The position numbers were made by a program, and so were the translations under genes. This document shows, piece after piece, positions 8,121 through 15,422 of a stretch of DNA of 15,422 bases. The notes under the pieces are model-generated. The model did not search any database and was not told the DNA's origin. It saw only the letters and a list, made by a program, of their open reading frames with translations. The stretch is from assembly GCA_965205655.1 (NCBI GenBank), contig CBDBIJ010000047.1, forward strand, positions 1 through 15,422, read 5' to 3'. Source of the DNA: Candidatus Latescibacterota bacterium (GTDB lineage: Bacteria; Latescibacterota; UBA2968; UBA8231). The number at the start of each line of letters is the position of its first letter. Within the stretch, counting starts at the first letter, position 1.

Positions 8121-10556
8121 TCAGAAGGTGTAGCCCAGCCCCACGTGCAGGGCCTGCCCCAGTGGTTTGTAGTCCCAGACCCGGTTGGCGTAGATCTGGT
8201 AGTCCTCGTCGAGGAGGTTGGTCACGTCGACGTCGACGTAAACCTGCTCGCTCCCCAGCGGCAATACATAGCGCGCTTTGAGATTGACCAGCGTGTAGGG
8301 ATCCAGATCCGCGTCCTGGGAATCGGTGAGGCTGACCTTCGGGTTCGCGTCATCCGTGTTCTGGCTGTCGTCCCAGATCTCGCCGACCCGCTGCACAGAG
8401 AGACGAGCCGTAAGCCCCTCGACGGGCGGACGGTAATCCACGTGAGCATTGAGGGTGTGATTGGGCACACCAGGGGGTGTGCGGCCGTCGATCGTGCTGT
8501 CCCCGGACGTGTACTCCGCGTCGAGCACGCTGAGATTCGCCCCGATGCCCACCTCGTCAGACAGACGGAACCCCGCTTCAGCCTCGAGCCCCTGTATCTT
8601 CTGGTCGAAGTTCTTGTGCTCGATGACAAACGGGTCGTCTTCGGTGAAGCCGCCCAGGAAGGTGAACTCGATTCGATCCTGGGCGTCCACGGCAAACGCG
8701 GTCACCGAAAGAGACAGGCGTTCCTGCATGGCAGTGAGATCGGCGCCGACTTCGTAGGAGACGATGGTCTCCTCCTGCAGGTCGAGATTGGAACGGTAGA
8801 GGAGAAAAGCCAGCGTCTGGTAGTTGGGGCTATATGTCTCGGTGATGCGCGGCGCGCGGAACGTGCTGCCGGCTGAGCCCCTCAATTTGAAATTGTCTGC
8901 AAGCCAGTAGGCCACCCCGAGCTTGGGATTGATCGCGTTGTTGTCGTCGCGGCCTGATGCGTAGCCGATGTGGACCCGACCTCCCACTGCGTCGTCCGGC
9001 TCCTGCTCTGAGTAGATGGCATTGTCCTTCCACTGCTCGAGCCTCACGCCCGGCGTCACTTCGAGCTTGCCGAGCTCGATCTTGTCCTCGACGAAGACGG
9101 AGTAGATGTCCTGTGTCCCCTGTACATCGAACTCCAGTGTTTCGCGGTTTCCGTACCACGTAGTGCGGCTGCTCTCGTTGCGCCGCCACTCGAGCCCGGC
9201 AGCAAAGCGATGCGTGCCGACGACGTTGCCGGAGAGCTCGACTTTCATACCGAGTTCTCGATTCGGCCACTGCTCAAGCTTCGTCGTGCGGTCAGCCGTA
9301 GCGGTGTCCGGTGGTGCCGCGTCCGATAGGCCATCGTAGTCCGTGCTCAGGAAGTTCCCCAGCACGCGCAGGTCGAGATCGTCATTGATCTTCCGCGAGA
9401 ACGTCACGTGCAGGATGTTGCCGGTGATTTCCTCGAAAGATATCGGTCTACCATTGTAATTGTTGAACTTCTCCAGCCGGTTGCCGAGGATGTCGAGTCG
9501 GTCGCCGGAGGTGATGTCATATCCGAGCATGAAGCCATATTTCGAGTGTTCGACCCGGCCTTCGTCCATGTACCCAACGGTGCTATCGTTCCACACCGGC
9601 ACGTTGGTGACTGCCCCGTCGCTTCCCGTTACGGGTCGAGTTGACTCACCAGTAAGGAAGTCCGTTCGCCGGCGCGTCTCCCTCTCGCCGCCGTGCAGGA
9701 ACTCTCCCCAGGCGGCGCACGAGAGCCTGCCCTGTTGCCCGAAGGCCACCGGGGCTATCGAGCGGAATCCGTACGGTCCCATCCTCGTCCTAACACTGCC
9801 ACCAGCGGGTGCGCCGAAGTGCTTGCGCGTCACGACGTTGATAACGCCTCCGGTCGCTCCCGAGCCATAGGTCGACGTGTAGGGCCCCTTGATCACCTCA
9901 GTCTTGCGGACGATGTCCAGCGGCACGGCATCGAGATCGCCGATATTGGCCCACGACCCCAGTGAGCCGTTTATACTGTGTCCATTGAGCATGACCAGCG
10001 CCGACGTGCTGCGCCCCAGATAGCCGGTCGACAAGCCGCGCACGATGATCTGTGGAAACGTGACGAGCAGACCCTCGCCGCGGGTCACATACAGCCCCTC
10101 GACGTGCTGCAGAACTTCCTGCACGTTCCGCGCGGTCGTGCGGTCGATCTCCGCCTTGTCGATGACGTTGACCCTGTTGGGCGCCCGTCCCGCATCCTCG
10201 CCGATAGCGCTGGCGGAGATCAGCGTACTGCTCAGCTCGATAGGCTCTACAGACAACGCAAAGTCGACGGTTGCGGAGCCTGCCCCTACCGCAATCTGGG
10301 TCTGCACGACCGAGCCATAGCCTATGAGGCTCGCGCGAACGCTGTAGGTCCCAATGGGAACTCCCGAGATACTGTACGTGCCGTCGTCGTTCGACGAAGC
10401 GCCCAGCTTCGAGCCGACCACTTCTACAGCCGCCCCGGCTAGGGCGTTGCCGCCAGAATCTGTAACACTGCCTTTTAGGCTTCCGGCCTTTGCGGCGCCT
10501 GGAAAGCATACGAGAATGGTCAGCAGCAAGATTTTGCCCAGTCCTCGATTGATGAT
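8121..10556 (-). CDS. TonB-dependent outer-membrane receptor with N-terminal carboxypeptidase-regulatory-like domain
   Basis: Signal-like INRGLGKILLLTILVCFPGAAKA; N-domain GSLKGSVTD...GAAVEV...DDGTYSISGVPIGTYSVRASLIGY; plug motifs IIVRGL, LVMLNG and TEVIKGPYTSTYGSGATGGVINVVT; barrel motifs NPKLG, STFRAP and NLLDEDY; C-terminal GLGYTF. The start is uncertain (ATC 10556, CTG 10541 or TTG 10529); ATG 10727 lies deep inside the upstream gene. Confidence 0.95.
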   Translation of the reverse strand: MINRGLGKILLLTILVCFPGAAKAGSLKGSVTDSGGNALAGAAVEVVGSKLGASSNDDGTYSISGVPIGTYSVRASLIGYGSVVQTQIAVGAGSATVDFALSVEPIELSSTLISASAIGEDAGRAPNRVNVIDKAEIDRTTARNVQEVLQHVEGLYVTRGEGLLVTFPQIIVRGLSTGYLGRSTSALVMLNGHSINGSLGSWANIGDLDAVPLDIVRKTEVIKGPYTSTYGSGATGGVINVVTRKHFGAPAGGSVRTRMGPYGFRSIAPVAFGQQGRLSCAAWGEFLHGGERETRRRTDFLTGESTRPVTGSDGAVTNVPVWNDSTVGYMDEGRVEHSKYGFMLGYDITSGDRLDILGNRLEKFNNYNGRPISFEEITGNILHVTFSRKINDDLDLRVLGNFLSTDYDGLSDAAPPDTATADRTTKLEQWPNRELGMKVELSGNVVGTHRFAAGLEWRRNESSRTTWYGNRETLEFDVQGTQDIYSVFVEDKIELGKLEVTPGVRLEQWKDNAIYSEQEPDDAVGGRVHIGYASGRDDNNAINPKLGVAYWLADNFKLRGSAGSTFRAPRITETYSPNYQTLAFLLYRSNLDLQEETIVSYEVGADLTAMQERLSLSVTAFAVDAQDRIEFTFLGGFTEDDPFVIEHKNFDQKIQGLEAEAGFRLSDEVGIGANLSVLDAEYTSGDSTIDGRTPPGVPNHTLNAHVDYRPPVEGLTARLSVQRVGEIWDDSQNTDDANPKVSLTDSQDADLDPYTLVNLKARYVLPLGSEQVYVDVDVTNLLDEDYQIYANRVWDYKPLGQALHVGLGYTF

Positions 10557-11086
10557 TCGGAACTCTCCTCTAATTCGTGGGTGTTGTCGCTCTTGTCCGA
10601 AAGCGACCTGATGAACAAAGCCAAACGCCGACGGTCTCTTTCTGCGAGGTGTCTGTACCCCGGCATGACGATTTTTCCGACGCCGATTCCCTTCTCGATC
10701 GTCTTCATGATTTGCCCGATCTCCCAACCCCGTTCAAAAGTGGACCGGTCGGCGAGATCCCCCGGGCGGGGATCCAGTGTGTGGGCGATTTTGCCGTCAC
10801 CCCTCCCCCCCTTGCCGTGACATACGTGGCATCCATTCTGAATGAACAGCTGCCTGCCCCGGACGATTTCGGCTGTGCGCACGAAGCCGCTCGCGGGACC
10901 GTCGAATTCGCCAGAATTCGCGAACTCGCCAGAGCTTGCAGACTCATCGTCCGCGCCGCCATCGCAGCCGCTCAGCGACCACAATATCACCAAAATCAGG
11001 TAAGGGACGAGTGGGGAAATCGAGCGATGTATTGTGCTTGGATTTGTTGTTGCGCGGACCCGGCAAACCTCCACTTCAGATAGCAC
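10520..11086 (-). CDS. Monoheme class I cytochrome c, probable lipoprotein
   Basis: One CxxCH in GRQLFIQNGCHVCHGKGGRGDG, distal ligand candidate in IVMPGY, hydrophobic stretch and lipobox-like LILVILWSLSG-C, then an acidic Ser/Gly linker. The GTG 11086 start is uncertain. Confidence 0.88.
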   Translation of the reverse strand: MLSEVEVCRVRATTNPSTIHRSISPLVPYLILVILWSLSGCDGGADDESASSGEFANSGEFDGPASGFVRTAEIVRGRQLFIQNGCHVCHGKGGRGDGKIAHTLDPRPGDLADRSTFERGWEIGQIMKTIEKGIGVGKIVMPGYRHLAERDRRRLALFIRSLSDKSDNTHELEESSESSIEDWAKSCC

Positions 11087-11093
11087 CGGCCGA

Positions 11094-11122
11094 AAGATAC
11101 GGCAATTTCATCCGGATGTAAA
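11094..11122 (-). promoter_or_regulatory. Putative sigma70-type promoter for the cytochrome c/TBDR cluster
   Basis: Minus strand TTTACA (11122-11117), 17-nt spacer, TATCTT (11099-11094), with an AT-rich tract upstream, in the short gap after glgC. Confidence 0.6.
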
Positions 11123-11144
11123 TAAAGAATTTACGGCCGTTTCA

Positions 11145-12411
11145 TCATATTCTGGCGCCGGGCCGGATTACCCCGTCTTTGGGAACGACGACGATTCCAT
11201 CCCTGATATAGTAGCCCTCCCCATCAGCCTCCTGGATTCCCTCGTCGTTGCCGATGATGGCACCTTCTCCAATACGCGCGTTCTTGTCGACGATGGCCCG
11301 GTTGACAACTGTGCCGGCACCGATGCCGATGTTTGGCAGCTCCCGGGCTACGTTGCGTTCAATGTCAGCCGCTGTCTCGTAGAGATCAGCCCCCATGATC
11401 ACGCTGTGATAGATTCGCGCCCCGGGGCCGATGACGCTGCGCAGGCCTACGACGGAATCCTCGATCTCCGCGTCCCGTATGTGACAGCCCTCGGCAATGA
11501 TAGCGCGGTCTATCCGGCAGCCCTCGATGCGCGAGCCCGCCAGGTGCCGCTGGTGCGTGTAGATGGGCTTTTCGGGGTTGTAAAACTCGAAAGGAGGACT
11601 CTTCTGGGTCAGCTTGAGCGTCGCCTCGTAGAATGACCGAATGGTTCCGATGTCCTCCCAGTATCCGTCGAAGGCATGAGCATAAGCTCCCAAAATCTCG
11701 ACCGCCTTGGGAATGATGTGAGTGCCGAAATCATCGTGGGGGGCCTCCATCAGGAGGCTCGTCAAAGCCTGGCGTTCGAAGAGATAGATTCCCATCGAGG
11801 CGAGGTAGAGCTCATCGGGGTTTTCCCCGGGCGGTTCGTCGAGCTGGAGCTCGTCCAGCTCCTCATCGGTCTGCGGTTTTTCTCGAAACATCATCACCCG
11901 TCCTGTGGCGTCCATCTTCAGAATTCCCAGATGGCGCGCCTCCTCTCGAGTCACCGGCTTGACGGCGATGGAGACGTCGGCCTGGCGTTCGCGATGCTCG
12001 CTGACGAGAAGCTCGTAGTTCATTCTGTAGAGATGATCCCCGGACAGGATCAGGCACTGGTCGGCAGGGGGCGACATGATATGGTTCAACTGCTGCCGAA
12101 CCGCATCCGCAGTCCCCTGATACCACTCCGGGCTCTCAACGGTCTGCTCGGCGGCCAGAATCTCGACAAAGGCGTCGGAGAAGCTGTCGAAACGGTAGGT
12201 GGCGCTGATGTGCCGATGCAGAGATGCGGAGTTGAACTGTGTGAGGACGAAGATCTTGTCGATCGAGGAGTGAAGGCAGTTGCTGATGGGGACATCGATG
12301 AGCCTGTACTTTCCACCGATCGGCACGGCTGGCTTTGACCGCACCTTTGTCAGGGGAAAGAGCCGTTTTCCCTGACCTCCACCCAGAATGACGCTGATGA
12401 CTTTTCTTCAC
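11145..12411 (-). CDS. glgC: Glucose-1-phosphate adenylyltransferase (ADP-glucose pyrophosphorylase); apparent extra base at 12402-12405
   Basis: Removing one A from GTGAAGAAAAGTC gives [45 protein letters not shown]. Also LTQFNSASLHRH, WYQGTADAVR, ILSGDHLYRM, FREKP, ASMGIY, DFG, YWEDIGT and a C-terminal beta-helix region. Confidence 0.95.
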
Positions 12412-12502
12412 GGAGGGGCCGCTCTCGGCGTTGTCGATGGCGCTATGAAATCAACCAGTGTGGCATATCCTATTGTGAAACCTATAACTTAGCGCCCTGC
12501 CT

Positions 12503-14282
12503 TCACAGCGCAAGCCGCCCCTCCCTGCTCGCTTTTCGACCATGAAGGGCCTCGGTGAGCTGGCTGTCGATATCGTAGAGATCCCGCCGAAACTGCACCC
12601 TTCCGGCCGCATCGACCCACACGGTCCAGTAGAGGACGTACACGGGAATCGGCTCTCGCAGCGGTACGGAGGAGGTCGGTGACGCCGCTTCGAATGCCGC
12701 AGCGATCCTGATGGCCCCCATGCCGGGTCATCGCGAAGGGCGAACCGCACCCAGTTCCTCGTTGTCTTCGACGCGGATACAGCCGTGGCTGAGGTCTCTC
12801 TCGCGTTCCGAGGAACAGGTTCCTGTCCGGGGTGTCGTGAATGGCGATGTCGAAGGAGTTGGGAACGCGAACTTGACCCTGCCGAGCGGGTTGAAGGGAC
12901 CGGGAGCCTGAACCAACCGGTAAGGAAATGCCTCTTCGTCAACCTGCTGCCAGCTAATTCCACTCGGTGCTACGGCAACGGTCCTGCCACCCACGCTCTC
13001 CAGAACGGCGATCCCTCGATTCTGCAGGTAATCGGCGTTTCGCTTGAGAATTGGCAGAATTTCCTCCGCCGCTATTCTCGGCGGGACGTTCCAGGACGGG
13101 TGGAAGACAATGTGAGTCATGTAGCTGCTGAACAGTGGGGTGCGGCGATACGGCTTGCCGACGATCGCCCGCATCGTGGATACGACCCGTCCGTCCTCGA
13201 TGAGGTCGAGCTCGAAATCGGCTATTCGCACAACGACGTAACGGCTTCCCAGCTCGTGGGGCAGCCATCGCCAGCGCTCGAGGTTGGCCTCTATCTGGTT
13301 CACCCTTGCGGCCGCTGGCACGTTCAGGGCCCGCAGCGTGTTGTCGTCGACTCGTCCGTGGGCGTCGAGACCATGGCGCTTCTGAAAACTGCTCACGGCC
13401 TGCTCCAGTGCTGGATCGAACACTGAAGCCGGCGAAGCAAACGCCTCCATATCGCCAGTCACCTGCAGCCTTCGGGCGAAGGCTGCCACATTCAGGTTGC
13501 TGTCGCCCTTCCTCAGCTCTCCCACTTCGAAGGGAAGCGTTTGCCAGCCACCGCTTGAAGCGATGCGTGAGTAATACCCGAGAGCCTCTTGAAGCTTGCC
13601 ATAGGCGAGTTGCTGGGGCCGCAGCATTTCCAGCGTCCCGCCCACCCGATGCAAGTCGAGCGCCGTCTGCATCAGTCCGGCAAGATCCGCTTTTGCGGCA
13701 TGGACCTGCCACTCTTCGTTGACGAGGTGCGGCTCAACCCGACCCCGCAAGAGGTGATCGGCGTATCTCAGAAAGGCGTTGCTCAGCAGGAGATCGAGTT
13801 CCGCCAGCACGCCGAGCGCTATGTCTGACCCTGGCTATGTCTGACCCTGCTAGGTCGCGCGGGCGCCCGACGATCGCCTCGAGCGTTTTCGTGGCGTACT
13901 CCGCGGGGATCAGCCCGTCATCGACCGATGCTCGGAGACAGGCGATTAGCTCCGTCGCCTGGCTCAGCAGCCCAGTCGGGCCGATCCAGGCAGGCCGAAA
14001 CGACCGGCGGCGGTAGAATTCATATATCCCCGGCGAAGCGGGGATCGAATGGTCTTCCTCTGAACTGACCGCCGCCTCCGGTAGAGCCTCTCCCAGTGAC
14101 CGGGTGCGGATCCGGAGCTCCTCTGCGATGGCGGCACTCCAAGCATTTACCTCACTGCCCCTGTCGAAGGAAGCAGAGAGAGGCCCCCACCCGCACCCCG
14201 CTGACAAGGCGAGTTGCGAAATGATGAGCCCGCCGACCGCAGAGCCGAAGCCGGGGCGTGTCGTTCGGAGACGAATACTCAT
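12503..14282 (-). CDS. ldtD: YcbB/LdtD-type murein L,D-transpeptidase (scaffold, PG-binding and YkuD domains), split in this sequence by a 16-bp duplication and four single-base indels
   Basis: Joins ORFs 13734..14315, 12728..13810 and 12503..12721. Lipobox-like LSAGC; FYRRRSFRPAW; PG-binding FDPALEQAVSSFQKRHGL...TLRALN; NLERWRW; IVGKPYRRTP; PSWNVP; NPLGRVKF; frame-corrected FPNSFDIAIHDTP; catalytic SHGCIRV; IPVYVLYWT...FRRDLY. Indels at about 12862, 12812, 12751 and 12717 form two compensating pairs in short G/C runs. Could be a pseudogene. Confidence 0.88.
13818..13849. repeat. Perfect 16-bp tandem duplication GCTATGTCTGACCCTG x2
   Basis: Read directly: 13818-13833 and 13834-13849 are identical. 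Confidence 0.97.
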
Positions 14283-14391
14283 GGCTTGTGACCCATTTCG
14301 AGACCGGTGGTGCAATCCACGTGGTAATTCTCAGAAGAGATGTGAGGCGCGTCCAGTCAGCTCCGCAGTCATTTTCCGGCGCCGCCCCGGC

Positions 14392-14420
14392 TTGCAACAC
14401 GAGTCGACAGCGGCTAACTT
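14392..14420 (+). promoter_or_regulatory. Putative sigma70-type promoter for the SDR-rfbA unit
   Basis: TTGCAA (14392-14397), 17-nt spacer, TAACTT (14415-14420). SD-like AAAGGA ends at 14480, 6 nt before ATG 14487. Confidence 0.5.
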
Positions 14421-14486
14421 GCCCGCCGCGTTCGTGCCCAAACTGCGCGAACCCGAAGGCCGCATACCAGAGAAAAAGGATTTGCC

Positions 14487-15226
14487 ATGGCAGGAGAGCT
14501 CGAAGGACGGACGGCCCTCGTCACCGGTGGTGCGCGCGGCATCGGCCGCGCTATCTGTATGGCCTTCGCGCAAAGCGGCGCGCGCGTCGCCGTCGCCGAT
14601 ATCGACACCGACACCGCCCGCTCGACCGCCGACGCACTGGCCACTCAGGGCCTGGCGGTAGAAGTAGACGTCGCCTCGCCAGCCGCTTGCAGAGAGGGCG
14701 TGCAAAAAACACTCGCCGAATTCGGCCAGCTCGACATTCTCGTAAACAACGCCGGCCTGCTCTACCACAGAGCTGTTGACGACTGCACCGAGGAAGACTG
14801 GGATCGGATGATCGACGTCAGTCTCAAGGGCACCTTCTTCTGTTCCCAGGCGGCCATCCCCCATATGAGGGATCGGCGGCGGGGTGCATTCTCACCCTCA
14901 CTTCACTGGCAGCCAAGAACGGTGGCCTTGCGGCAGCGGCCCCGTACGCCGCCGCCAAGGGCGGAGTCTACACGCTGACGATCTACCTGGCCAGGGCGAT
15001 GGCCCCCTTCGGCGTTCGCGCAAACGGATCGCCCCCGGTATTATCGATACCGACATGACTCGCGGCCTCTCCTCCGACCATGCCCGCGCTGGCGGCGACG
15101 ATTCCCCTCGGGCAGAAGGGAGAGCCCGAAGACGTCGCCAACTGCGCCCTGTTTCTGGCGTCCGACAGGGCGAAGCATATCACCGGAGAGATCGTCGACG
15201 TGAACGGTGGACTCTGGATGGATTGA
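14487..15226 (+). CDS. Classical short-chain dehydrogenase/reductase (FabG-like); three apparent single-base frameshifts
   Basis: [12 protein letters not shown] (acidic residue suggests NAD preference) and NNAG. After shifts at about 14883, 15026 and 15084 it reads [13 protein letters not shown]...PYAAAKGG (YxxxK), [33 protein letters not shown]...[15 protein letters not shown], then TGA at 15224-15226. Confidence 0.9.
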
Positions 15227-15242
15227 GGGTGAGCAAGGACTG

Positions 15243-15422
15243 ATGAAAGGGATCGTTTTAGCAGGTGGAATCGGGACGAGGCTCTACCCTCTCACCCGCA
15301 TCGTCTGCAAGCAGCTCCTTCCGGTGTACGACAAGCCGATGATCTGCTACCCGCTGTCCATACTCATGCTCGGCGGGGTCCGCGAGATCTGCATCGTCTC
15401 GTCACCGAGGGATCTGCCGATC
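15243..15422 (+). CDS. rfbA: Glucose-1-phosphate thymidylyltransferase RfbA/RmlA, 5' part (runs off the window)
   Basis: Translated by hand (absent from the ORF track): [59 protein letters not shown], with AAGGA just upstream. Confidence 0.93.
   Translation, partial: MKGIVLAGGIGTRLYPLTRIVCKQLLPVYDKPMICYPLSILMLGGVREICIVSSPRDLPI

Noticed and set aside
10557..10727. 57-aa N-terminal extension of the TonB receptor ORF
   Set aside because: Overlaps the cytochrome c core in another frame and would bury the signal peptide.
10904..10933. Short imperfect repeat encoding SGEF-AN-SGEF in the cytochrome linker
   Set aside because: Two copies, in frame, in a flexible linker; no array or spacer structure.
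10990..11144. Cobalamin riboswitch upstream of the TBDR cluster
   Set aside because: No B12-box motifs, and almost no room between the promoter candidate and the coding sequence.
8082..12338. Long antisense ORFs (8082..8876, 11034..11636, 11676..12338 and similar ones elsewhere)
   Set aside because: Shadow ORFs expected opposite real genes in GC-rich DNA; no motifs.
14430..14452. Small hairpin GTTCGTGC/GCGCGAAC upstream of the SDR
   Set aside because: An 8-bp stem with a wobble pair is expected by chance at this GC content.

Overview
GC-rich window from a diderm bacterium (it encodes a TonB-dependent receptor), with about ten frameshifts near both ends that look like long-read consensus errors. 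Twelve genes are supported. (1) Envelope/glycan block: a polytopic membrane protein with C-terminal TPRs (runs off the left edge), a Wzx-like flippase and a divergent NTP_transf_5-like nucleotidyltransferase. (2) Minus-strand uptake cluster: monoheme cytochrome c lipoprotein, TonB-dependent receptor, family-5 ABC substrate-binding protein with an unusual C-terminal membrane anchor, and two Dpp/Opp/Nik-type permeases, with no ATPase gene. (3) glgC and a YcbB/LdtD-type L,D-transpeptidase interrupted by a perfect 16-bp tandem duplication plus single-base indels. (4) A plus-strand SDR followed by the 5' end of rfbA. No rRNA, tRNA, CRISPR or mobile element was recognised. The best candidate for an undescribed system is the cytochrome c/TBDR/tethered-SBP cluster, which has a structured intergenic segment in front of the SBP; its function is inferred, not shown.
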